64,000 nucleotides of DNA from Octopus vulgaris (lineage: Eukaryota), in NCBI GenBank assembly GCA_951406725.2, contig OX597816.1, positions 102,548,001 through 102,612,000 of the forward strand. The letters run 5' to 3'. This document shows, in pieces, positions 26,271 through 38,639 of the stretch. The position numbers were made by a program, and so were the translations under genes. The notes below the pieces were generated by a model, which was given only the letters and a program-made list of their open reading frames with translations, was not told the origin of the DNA and searched no databases. Positions within the stretch are counted from its first letter, which is position 1. Every line of letters begins with the position of its first letter.

Positions 26271-27827
26271 CTGCGGGATCCTTTCTTTATTAACATCAAG
26301 AGCTCATGCATACAATACAAAATGTCTCATACAAAAGAGGCTACAAAACGTCTGGGGATACATATTCATAAATGCATATATACATACAAACATAAACACA
26401 TACATAGACATTCATATAATAAACGAGATGTGTGGCAAATACACATCTCCAAATATTAAACTGGGTTAAAGACTTGGTAAGCAAATAAATACAATGATAA
26501 CCTGTTCATAAAGAAATCACTTGCATAGAAAAAAGGTACCTCGCAACTCTGATCACCTGCCGTCCTAATAACATTTTGCAAAGTGATTCTTCCGAATTTG
26601 ACTGAATATTTCCAAGTTTGGGTGAAGAATGAAGCCTCTTACGTCCTGTGAGAAGTGGCTTGTTACTTGCATGTAAACTTGTAATATTTTTTATACCAAT
26701 AGTCTATTATAGTGAGGTCCGATATAAACCTTATCCATCTCCTCTTTAGTCTGCACAGTACTTACTTCATTCTCTTTTAACTCTTTTAATCTTTCCATCC
26801 GAATTCACTTCTAATTCAGGTATACCGGCAGTTATTAATGTGGTTCACTTTCCTGTCCTTGTTGGTTGATTATGATCGTACAAATGGTAGTAAATTGATT
26901 ATCAACGCAGAAACAACATTCCAACATTAATATTAGAAATGTGATTAGTTTTCAAATGAGTGACGTCTAAAGCAGCAGCTAAAACAGACACACTGGGTCA
27001 ACCATGATAAAAAAAAATTGAAAGTAAAATTTAAATTTTTTAAAAAACATCTATAAATTCGTACCATTACATAGTCAATACTTTTGCAGTTTCATACTTC
27101 TAAAGTTTCATATATAGATTAAAGAAGTTTCGAATATAGATTAAAGAAAACAAAACCAGGCCTGGAAGAATGAATCCGGCCTGAACGAGGTAACAGAAGC
27201 AATGACATTCACCAAGCAACAACAAGCTATTTCACTAGAGATGTTGAAATAAATAACTACAACTCCTACGATATCACTAATGACACTTCTGTTGTGTGTT
27301 TCTTGAAACAATACACAACACTAAATAAGGATATTGTATGCAAGTTCCAACGAACTATTTTGGGAGACTCAATAACGTAGAAAGAACTGCTCTATATACG
27401 TATAGCCATCCGATTTCAAATATTTCAAAAAAATACACTGTCTTAGAAAATGACAAAATGAAAAACAAAACCCCACAAAACTATGTAACGTGAGCATACA
27501 AATAGAACTCAACAAAATAAGCCTGACATAATTTTTTTCTATTACAAAAATGACAATGATGTACTAATTAACGACATAGTAATACCAAAATGACATTTTA
27601 TATTATGTTAGGGCGAGCTGAAAAGCCAGGGAAGTAAATCGACCAAGCTGTTGAACTAAAAATATTATGATAGTTAAAGAACGTGTCCTTCTCATTTGTA
27701 ATTAGTATAACTGGAATGAGACACCATTACTTCTCTAAATACAGTGAGAGACTAGTTGCAAGTACAGGCCTAGACATGTTCCAGATAATAACAATAGTGG
27801 GATTTGTAGTAGCAGTAGTAATAATAA

Positions 27828-28041
27828 TCCTTTCTACTATAGGCACAAGGCCTGAAATTTTGGGGTTGGGTACTTGGCGATCACATTGAAGCCAGTGTTT
27901 TACTGGTACTTAATTTATCAACCCTGAAAAAATGAAAGGCAAAGGGTACCTCGGTGGAATTTGAACCCAGAACGTAAAGACGGACGAAGTGCCGCAAAGC
28001 CTTTTGCCCGGCGCGCTAACGATTCTACCAGCTCACCGCCT
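27828..28041 (-). mobile_element. SINE family A, full length, flanked by (TAA)n
   Basis: Minus-strand head AGGCGGTGAGCTGGTAGAATCGTTAGCGCG, B box GGGTTCAAATTCC, tail GGCCTTGTGCCTATAGTAGAAAGGA(TTA)n. Confidence 0.9.
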
Positions 28042-28131
<90 letters not shown>

Positions 28132-28357
28132 GATACTAATAATAATTTCTTTTATTAATGAATATTTTTAAAATAAAAAAATGGCACCGATAATAAACTG
28201 ATGATGATGATGACGATGACGACAGCGATGATGATGATGGTTGTGATGTTTGTTGTTGGTGCTGGTGATATTCACTTACCGGGTGAGGGCCGAAATAGAT
28301 AGGAGATAAAATAGTAGGATTAGTAACATTGGCGTTTGAAGTTGTATGGTCACAAGC

Positions 28358-28415
28358 ACTGATGTCCAAACACAGTTCTTGGTTTGTCATTACAAGAATT
28401 GCGTTTGGACAATCA
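28358..28415 (-). ncRNA. mir-219: microRNA precursor mir-219 (5p arm 28393-28415; 3p arm 28358-28379)
   Basis: Minus strand reads UGAUUGUCCAAACGCAAUUCUUG-UAAUGACAAAC-CAAGAACUGUGUUUGGACAUCAGU. The 5p arm matches the bilaterian miR-219-5p sequence, the arms pair almost perfectly, the basal stem extends (CAGGC/GCUUG), and a CNNC motif starts ~17 nt downstream of the 3p end. Confidence 0.96.
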
Positions 28416-28515
28416 TCGCCTGAAAACTGATTTTTTATGCCAACTGTTCTAGTCTTCTTTTCCTGTTTGTGGACATCTGGGGGCAGCTTAAACACTTTGT
28501 GGAGAGAGAGAGACA

Positions 28516-28580
<65 letters not shown>

Positions 28581-28639
28581 GTCCTGTTGCATTCTATTAC
28601 AAGTTTCTATTTTTTGTAAGAAAGTGGGTTTCCAGTCAC

Positions 28640-28812
28640 TGGGTCTCCATCTTGAAGTGTTTCGTCAAATAAATCGTTCCAGCACTTACTTTTTAGCTCA
28701 GGTATTCATTTTATCGGTCTTTTGTCGAACTTACGTTACGGGGACGTAAACAAACCAACACCGTTTATCAAACTGTATGGTGGGGACAAGCACAAACACA
28801 AAAGCAAACACC

Positions 28813-28846
<34 letters not shown>

Positions 28847-28925
28847 CACAAACAAGCACATATTTTTAAAGGATTCCAGAGTTACCATTCGCCAAATTCA
28901 CTCTGGTTGGCTCAAGGCTATTACT
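28640..28925 (-). mobile_element. SINE family B, decayed
   Basis: GTTACGGGGACGTAAACAAACCAACACCG and ATTCGCCAAATTCACTC match family B segments. Confidence 0.7.
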
Positions 28926-30759
28926 CAAAGTAACCCGCTGTATTCCTTTATAATACAGTAAAATATGATTTGCGGGAATTTGGCTGTTCGTCAGAGCAGA
29001 TCGAGAAAAAAAACACGTTGAGTCTTTCTTTCATTGTCTCAACAAAAGACTCTGTCAGTGACTTGAAACCGAAAATGAACTTCATTATACTTCAGAAAAT
29101 TGTTTTTGTGGTATATAATATACTTTAAAGCACTGATTTACTATTTTGCAATGAAAAGAATGCTTACGTCCTGGGAATTGAAATCAGCACCGCAAGCAAC
29201 GAAATACTTGTAAAAAATATTCAGTATTTCCGCTCCCTACAGCAGTGAACCGTATACTGTCTACTTGATGCTTTATAAATTGCTCATCTTACAGAGTTAA
29301 CGGCCTTGTTCATGGAGATAATGCAACATTACTAACGATGCGCGTGGCATCCACCCTTCAGATTTTAGACCGCCTTATTTGGTTTGTCTCTCTCCCATTC
29401 ACTCTCCCTCTTTTTCTTTATTGGCTTCTCACGATACTTACGAATACCTGTCCTCTCACATCGAACAGTGTCTCACTGCTGCATTGTCGAAGACTGAGCC
29501 TTCGGCTTGTATGTATGTATGTATGTATACACACCTATTGAATAGGTATGAAAATATAATTATAAGTATGCGTATATGTATGTATGCCTTTGTTTTGCTA
29601 CAAAAATGTGAAAGACCTAATGCAACGTTATGTTGGAAACGTCTAGAATACTATGTGTGTTATCTTATGTGAGATAAGCTAGGACTGCATAATTCGGTTG
29701 AATCCGCAATTTTGGATTTTGGTAGTCCCAGTTTATTTCACATGTATCACTCATATGTGTGTGTATGCGTGCGCGCGTGTGTGTGTATGTGTGCGTGTGT
29801 GTGTGTGTATGTATGCATGTATATAATATATATATACATACACACATATATATATATAATATATATGTGTGTATATGTATATATATATATATATATATAC
29901 TCAGTTCACCAAATTTACCGTTTCCAGTAGATGCAGCAGATCCTGCGGTAGAATCCTTTCAGACATGACACCAAACATTCTGAAAATAAAAAAGAAATTG
30001 GAGAATATTTAGTCCTCAATCCAAAATTTTTTTTAAAAATGGAGATTGTAACTACTATAAATAAATGTAAACAAATACAATATTTCACGCACACACACAC
30101 GCGCACACACACGCGCGCACACACACACACGCACACACACATACACATACACAGGTATACAGATTTGTAGTTTTGATACGTTCGTAATATTAGCCATCAC
30201 TGTATATAATTATGTATAATGTATATCTTCCATTATCATTGTGTTATACATTCACTTGAATAAAATGGTGCTAATAACTTGTGAAAAGCGTAGACATAAA
30301 ACTCTTAATCTGTAATAAATTGTATAGCCATTGCAGATGAGGGTAAAGGTAGACACTAATTTTGCTTTGAAGATATTTTATTTAATGCGCTTTGTAGCTG
30401 TATCCAAGGCACAGCTTTAAGCCATTGTCCCAAGGAGAGTATATAATTCAGCTGAAAGACACACGGGTATTGAAGAAATTTTGCCAGTCTAAATATGAAA
30501 ATATTAACCATGTTTAAAAAAAATTTCATGTATTCAGTTAGCATTTCTATGTTTCAAACCATGTTATTAATGTTTATTAATTAATATTTGAGTTTTTTTA
30601 TTTTTTAAATTTATTTTTACTTTTCCTTGTAGTCACTCGGTATGTCTATTTGATCCATCACACTAACATCGCTTAGTCATCATCAATAATTCAGTGGGTA
30701 GTTTTCTGCTATCTATCTATCTATCTATCTATCTGTGTGTGTGTGTGTGTGTGTACTGG

Positions 30760-31370
30760 TGCCGCATTATATGAGAAAAAATATAAAGGACCTGATATGT
30801 TTGGCATTGTCTATAGGGTACAGTACGGGCAGGTGATGCGCGCAGAGCTTATATATAGCAAGATGTGATGGGCTGAGTTCTGCATGGAAGTTCATGATCT
30901 GGTGGTCTCAGCCCACCAAAAAACTCCAGAATGTTAAATCAAAGCTGTTCGTCAACAAGGAGGTTAATGAGCTTGGATGGTTTGCAGACGACCCAGTTGT
31001 TAAGTGTGTGGTGGGCTGGAAGAAGAGACAAAGCAAGGAAAGGAAGCAAGGGCACAACAACAGAAGCAGCTTCAACACTAACTAGCAAGCCATTGAGTCT
31101 AACACCATGGACGTTGCTGCTGCTATTCAAGAGCACTAACAAAGAAGAATGGAATCACCTCCTCCTTAATGCCGTGTACTAGGGATCAACGATAACCACG
31201 AAGAAGCTGATGGGTATCCTACTACAGTGCAGGACTGACAAGAGGCTTCGAACAACAGTTTCACCCAATTGTATTAAGGCAATGTAAAGACGGTGCGTAC
31301 CGGGGATATGTAGGTAACCGTTGGTGACAGTAAATATATTGATAAAATAGGGTTGGTAAAGTAGCCTGGA
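30760..31370 (+). mobile_element. Highly decayed Tc1/mariner-type transposase C-terminal remnant
   Basis: Weak motif similarity: SLTPWT..WNHLLLNAVY resembles SPDLTPLDFFLWGxLKxxVY. Confidence 0.35.
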
Positions 31371-31969
31371 CCAAAATTAAATAGGAAACTTGCAAGTTAC
31401 CTACCAATCGTCACTTAATGGTCACGAGTACATGAATTTTCGTGGTTGCCCGATAATACTATCGACAACGTCACGAGATTGCAAAATATGTTAAATGAAA
31501 AACAGTTATTGCGCTATTGAGAAGAGGCGAGCGCATATATAACATACAAGGAGGGAGGGAATGAGGGAAAGAGAGAGAGAGAGAGAGAGTGAGCGAGCGA
31601 GAGAAAGAGAGAGAGAGAGAGAGAGGCAGGATGAGAACTGTAAGACGAGTGCTCTCACGACTATTGGTTCGATTCGTGGACCGAGTGGCACGTTGCATCC
31701 TTGGCAAAACGATTTCATTTCCCGTTACTCCAGTCTACTCTGCTGTACATAAATTCTAGTCTAGCCCAAGAGCAGCGCTCTCTTCCTCACTCTCTCTCTC
31801 TCTCTCTCTCTCTCCAGCTGTTACATTCTTGATGTTCTATTGGGTTAAGGATGGGATGGCTGAGAGGAAGGACGTCTCTGTCTGATAGCGACTAAAATAG
31901 GCTCCTAAAACGAGCGAAACCGCCGTACAAGTCACCACCTCATGCAAGCTTTCAAGTGACGTCTAAGGA

Positions 31970-32030
<61 letters not shown>

Positions 32031-32242
32031 ACTCACATCATTGTGGCAGTGGACCTTTTAACATTCATAGTGGTTATTCTAGAGACATTCTGGGTTCTCT
32101 GTCTCTTAGAGGTAGGAATACCATTTTAATTACTCTTCTCCTTATTCTCCAAATATATGTGTTTACAAAAATAAAAAGCAGCCGTACATTCACACATACA
32201 TACATGCATGCATGTATGTAAGCATGTATAACTAGAATGATT

Positions 32243-32312
<70 letters not shown>

Positions 32313-32592
32313 CAGATAGACAGATAGATTAAAAGATATGTAAATAGAAAATTGGAATAACTAAGTCAGGTGCAAATATTATATATATATATATATAAAG
32401 AGAGAGAAAGAGAGAGAGAGAGAAGGAGAGAGAGAGAGAGAGTCTATCCAAGAAGGAAGAATATAAAGACAGGCATACACGACGAAAGGGAAATCAAGTG
32501 GAATAGTATCGTTGGAAAGCAGTGTGTGTATAGGTTTGCATGTATACAAATATGCTTATGCATACGTACACTGATACATACATATACATATC

Positions 32593-32660
<68 letters not shown>

Positions 32661-32671
32661 CATATACATAT

Positions 32672-32713
<42 letters not shown>

Positions 32714-32725
32714 CATATACATATC

Positions 32726-32762
<37 letters not shown>

Positions 32763-33297
32763 TATGTATAACAGAAGCGGTTTTGAGATATTAATGGTAA
32801 TGGTGCTGCGTTATGGCTCTTGTGGGAGGAAGGAGAAAAGGAAATGGATAAAGTAGATGGATAGAGAAAGAGAGAGAGAGAGAGGGAAAGAGGGAGGGAG
32901 AGAGGATGCTGTGGAGTGAGTCACAAAGAGGATGAAGGGAATTAAGGAAGGGGGCGAAAGGGAAAGATGGGGGGGTTTGATAGATGAAAGGCAATGAAAG
33001 GTAATGGAGAGAGAGAGAGAGAAATTAGGAGAGAAACATATATTATGTGTATGTGTGTGTGTGTGTGTGCGTGCGTGCATGTGTGTGTGTAATAGTGAGT
33101 GATGAAGAAAAGATAGAATGAGAGGCGAAGAAAGAGTGTGGGGGGAATGGTGAAGATCAAAGGCAAAGAAGAAAGAAATAATGATAGAGTTGTTTAGAGA
33201 GAGAGAGAAAGGAGGAGAGAGAAAGAGAGAGAAGGGTAGACAGACAGACAGACAGAGATATAGTTAAACTGAGTAAGAGTGGAAGAGAGAGATAGTA

Positions 33298-33337
<40 letters not shown>

Positions 33338-33769
33338 ATAGAATTAATCTGAGTAAAGGAGGGAGATAGAGAGAGATGTAGAGATCAAAGAGATGAAAGA
33401 GAAAAATCAAAGGGAATGAAAGAGTAGCAGTTAGAGGGAGTACTAGAAGAACTTGGATATGTGTGTATGTGTGTGTGGTTTGAAGGAAAGAAGAGAGAGA
33501 AAGAGAGAGATAGAGATAGAGTGACCATTAGAGAAAGTGTATTTATGAAAAGTGAAACAGAGGAAGAGAGACAGAAAGAGTGAGAGAGAAGGGGTAGATC
33601 AGTATATGCTATGCTTATGTATGAGCGCGTCAACGGAGAGAGAGAGAGAGAGAGAGAGAGAAAGAAAGAGAGAGAAAGACAGACATAGATAGACAAACGG
33701 ACAGAGACATATAAAGTTAAAGTGACAGAAAGAATGAAAAAATGTAGGAATAGGCGAAGATGGGATGAT

Positions 33770-33809
<40 letters not shown>

Positions 33810-33845
33810 TTATATATATATATAAATAATTATATATATATATAA

Positions 33846-33894
<49 letters not shown>

Positions 33895-33913
33895 CATACA
33901 TATATATATATAC

Positions 33914-33982
<69 letters not shown>

Positions 33983-34704
33983 CATATACATATATATATA
34001 TATATATTCAAAGAAAGGGAGAGTGGCAGAGTTAGTGAATCTGAGTCAGCGAGTGAGAAAGAGAGAGAAAGAGATGGAGTATGTGATGGTGGTGGGCACA
34101 AGAGTTGGATGTCTGGGGAAAAAATCTTTACAAATTATATTCGGCTTTATCGAATGTAGAATATTCTGAAATCACATTGTGCATTTGTATAAGTGTGTCT
34201 TTCGACGTAGTTGTGTGTGCGTGCGCGCGTGTGTGCGGATGTGTGTATGCGCGCGCTCGAAACAGCACACATTGAACAATGGCTAATATTAAATATATCT
34301 TCCTAGTTGCGAGCTGTAGTTGAACCAGGAGTAAACTTCTGACAAATCAATACCTGGTGATTTCAATTTCAACTCCTTTGTTGGAGCCAATGATATTCTT
34401 TTATAAAAGTTGCGCGTCTAACGAGATGTGGAAATGACATGGACGCCGCAACAAGACATCCTACTTTCGTATCAGTTTTAGACGGTTAGTAAAAAAACAA
34501 AAAAAACCCAAAAAAACCGGATCCAAGCTACATGAATACTTCGGAAATAAATGAAGCAGCTGATCATTGTGGACCATGGAGCAGAGCTGTGGGGAAGGGC
34601 ATCAGGTCTTTGGTATTCAGCGTAATCCCAGATCAGTGTGGATCCGTAACTGACCCTCGGTAATGTTCTAACGAAAACATTACAAAGGTTTGGATTACGT
34701 ATAG

Positions 34705-34865
34705 GTACAGGCATGGCTGTATGGTTAAGAAGCTCGCTTTGGGGTTAGGTGGTTTTGGGTTCAGTTCAACGGTGCGGCAACATGGGTGTCTTCTACTGTA
34801 GCTCCGGGCCGACTAATATGTTGTGAGGATATTTGGCAGACAGAAACTGTGTGGAAGTCCATCGT
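34705..34865 (+). mobile_element. SINE family B, 5' half
   Basis: GGCATGGCTGTATGGTTAAGAAGC..GGGTTCAGTTC..GTGTCTTCTACTGTAGCTCCGGGCCGAC. Confidence 0.75.
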
Positions 34866-34899
34866 GTGATGGAAGTCCACGCTAATAGCTTTTGAATGA

Positions 34900-35330
34900 A
34901 AATAGTCCATCCAGAAAATTAAGAGTAATGATAGATATTTAACATACATTGAGTATATATCTAAAAGAAAACCATAATAATATTATAACATTTATTGGCA
35001 TAATGAAGTATTTAGTCGCATGAGTGCCATTTCGACGGATAACTTCAAAAACCCTATTAGTCATAGAATCTGTCAATTCCTTAATAGTAGCAGGTTGGAC
35101 TGCCTCTGCTGCAGCTTTGATGGTCGCCTGTAAGACATCTTTCAACGCAAATTGGCGTCCATCAGCATAAAAATCTTGTTTAATGATGACCCAAAGATTT
35201 TCGATAGGGTTGAGATCCGGAGATGCTAGCGTCCACACCATCAACCTTTCACCTTGTATGCCGTAAGACCCTAGTAATGTTTGGGTGGTCCTAGCTGTCA
35301 CAGTCTTAGAGGTCTCACATGGCGCTCATG
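34900..35330 (-). mobile_element. Tc1-family transposase C-terminal fragment with right end
   Basis: ORF 34939-35301: WTLASPDLNPIENLWVIIKQ..IKELTDSMTNRVFEVIRRNGTHATKY, the canonical Tc1 SPDLNPIENLW motif. Confidence 0.88.
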
Positions 35331-35403
35331 TTGCTAAATAATTCATTATGACAAGACGTAATATTTCGAATGCAGTTTAGCCGTGAGAACAACTGAAAGA
35401 TTG

Positions 35404-35500
<97 letters not shown>

Positions 35501-35679
35501 CGTGTGTGAGTATGTGTGTGTGTGTGTGTGTGTGTGCATATCTGTCGCTAAAGGATACTCTGGACGGCACTGCCCCCACACTATTTAGTGGTGCAGATTT
35601 ACAATGATACACTTATTTCAAACTCTACATCAGCATTATTCTGAAGCAACCCCAGGTATCAAAGTCTGGCGACGGGCCT

Positions 35680-35725
<46 letters not shown>

Positions 35726-36439
35726 ACGTGCGTGTGCGTCTTTGTGTTTATCCTCCCACGTGAGTGAAACAAGAAAAAGAAGAAAGGTTAAAAGAAAATT
35801 CTATTCTGACTTCCTTATTTTCATTCATATGAAACAAAAATGAGTTGAGAAATAACACTGAACAGCCAGTGTGATGCATTTGAACAACATATGCAAATAA
35901 GCATATATTAAATAACGTACAACATATATTCTTGAGATATAGAAGTTGTCCATGCTTCCAGAGAATGTAGACTATTCGTCTGCAAATGAGATGGTGGGAA
36001 TAATCTCAAGAATCAAGAATTTTCCAACATTGACGTGCCATTGTAGAAAAATTCTATTGTCTGGAAATATGAGGACAGCTGTGGATTTGTACTTCTGTCT
36101 AAGTAGGCGTCATCAGCACAGCAGTTTTCCTATGTTACTTTCGGTAGATGGGACACGTAGATATGTAGAAAAATAAAAGGAGTAAAAGACATTTATGGCT
36201 GGGGAAATTTTCATAAATGAAGTGAATGTAAACTAAGAAACATAACTCTGAGTAGCCAGTGGCATGTAATTGAAAACGAAAAAGGAAGGTTTATAATAAA
36301 TGGCATACAAGTTAGATGCTTGAGTTATAGAAAGATCAATTGTTTGACGTATACATACATACAAACATACATACATACACACATATATGCATACATATAT
36401 ACACACACATACACTCACACATACATATAGAGATAGATA

Positions 36440-36481
<42 letters not shown>

Positions 36482-36507
36482 TATACATACATACATATTA
36501 TATATAT

Positions 36508-36558
<51 letters not shown>

Positions 36559-37039
36559 TACATACATATATGCAAGTAGAGTCATGCCCGGAGAAGCCTA
36601 ATACACACAGAAGCACACACACACACACATACACACACACTGTATATGTCCAAACATAGAGACACATACGTTATCTCACACTACAACACCTAATCTATCA
36701 TAATTCTTCTCATCTCCATCTCCATCCCCACCAACTGGCTCTACATCCCAATGATGCCAAATTTTATCAATGGTTTTTTTTTCTAACACAGCATACTGAG
36801 TGTCGATAACTATAAAACACCAGGATATAAATTTTTCCGGATGTCGATTACTCGCTTTACACTGGCAAATCAAAACCCATAACCGAGAATGTTGAACAAT
36901 CGATGAGTTGTGTTAGCTTTGATTGGTTGTTGTTGTTGTTGTTGTTGTTATTATTGCTACGTTATTGCTGTGTTTGTTGTTGTTGCTGCTATTGCTGTTA
37001 ATATTGTTGTTGTTGTCGTTGGTACTGCTGTCCTTGTTG

Positions 37040-37812
37040 TTGTTTAACTTCAGGTCCGCCCTGATAACGCAGACCAATGATCAAAGACATACCAAACAGT
37101 AATCAAACCGTCTTTTTTCTTATATGCTGGACACCCAGGATTACATTATTCAAACGTGTTCTTTACTAAAATGGAAGGCTAAAAAAAAAGATATAACTGT
37201 TACTTTTAGTTAGCCAAATGACCACTTGGTGGCCTCCCTAGTTGGCACTTGCTGGTGCTGACGGTTATGGTGGTAGAGTTGATGGAGTTGTTGTGGTGGT
37301 TGTGGTAGGAGGTGATGTTGAATGCAGTATTAGCTGTGGAAGTGTTGTTGAAGGTTGTTATTGTTGTTATTGTTATTTATCTCTAAGTCAGCTTTAATTG
37401 AATAAATCTATGATAAAGGATTACGGCCATGACTATCCTGCCTTTCTTGTTATCTAATGTATTTCTTACTTACTTAAGATGGCAGGCTGTGGATTTGAGA
37501 GATATTTAATTCCTATTTCTAACAGGTCATGTGGCCAGGTATACCTTCATTTCTGATTATATCAATGCTATTACTGTTGGTGATGGTCTTGCTTTTTTTT
37601 TAACCCCAGGTCAACCATAATATTGAAGATCCACGATCAAAGGCATTCCATTCATGAACGTCTCATTTTGTTCCAATATGACGGGAATTCAGGATTACAT
37701 TATTCGTCGTGTTCTTTTCTAAGACGCTTGGAGGTTACGATTTAAGGGTATTTGAGCTGCTATTTTTAGCAGATCAAGCGACCACGCTATAGACTGCCTC
37801 ATTGGCTCGTGA
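37040..37812 (-). mobile_element. Three tandemly arranged decayed family D elements separated by (GTT/GGT)n
   Basis: Copies ~37040-37248, 37372-37550 and 37600-37812 each show TTAAC..CAGGTC, TGATCAAAG.CAT.CCA, GGATTACATTATT, CTGCTATTT.TAGC and GACCAC blocks. Confidence 0.75.
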
Positions 37813-38639
37813 TTCTAGTGAGGTGTTTGGAGTCGCCTTTCGAGCAGTCTGCGCGTTGTTGTTATGATTAGCCTCACCTAAGCTTTCATAGAGCTATTAT
37901 TTTTATACTTATTTTTCATATTGTTGTTATTGTGCCTAATCAATTTAGAACCAGTTATTAAGTAATATTGAGGGTGTATGAATATGTGTGTGTGTGTGTG
38001 CACGCGCGCACGATGAATGCAACAAATGGACATATCCTGGCTCGCCAGTCCAGTCCTATCCGGTCCATCTACAATAACTATTTAATCAGTATCAATGTGG
38101 CAAGCTAATCAAATACGAATAAGTTATACACTGCTTGTACTATTCAAGCTGTTAGTAAAATGTAACTTCCTCTGAGATATATATTTCCAACTGGATGGAA
38201 CTTGAGTGAATAAATGTTACTGCTCAATGCCACAGACATGGAATATTGGAATGAAACAAAATGGCTTAGAGCAAATATTCTTAATCGTTTTTCTAAATAT
38301 TCCTCGTCCGAATTTTACTGGTTTTCCAACCTGATTTCACCCGACATATAATAAGAGGAAATATTATTTATTGCACAGCATTTATAATTAGCATCTTCAA
38401 AACCAATATTAAATAAAACAAATTGAACAAGAGACAGAATTCTTCAATAGAAATTTTGGATTTTTCAACCACAAGCTAATTTCCTTATCAGAATCCTTAA
38501 ATATTTCTTTGGAATCCTGAAAATTGCCCAGCACCTGTGAGAAATTTCACCCTTCTCCACACAAGTTTAAAATCGTGGTTCTCGAGAAACAATTGTCGCT
38601 CGTCGGTTCCTTGGTTAATCTCAAAGAAACTAGGAATGG

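Noticed and set aside
27100-27150. Short tandem duplications (also ~22150-22182 and ~24643-24683)
   Set aside because: Ordinary local slippage duplications with no further structure.
28136-28495. 119-aa minus-strand ORF overlapping the hairpin
   Set aside because: It runs into simple repeats with no recognisable domain; the conserved signal is the miRNA.
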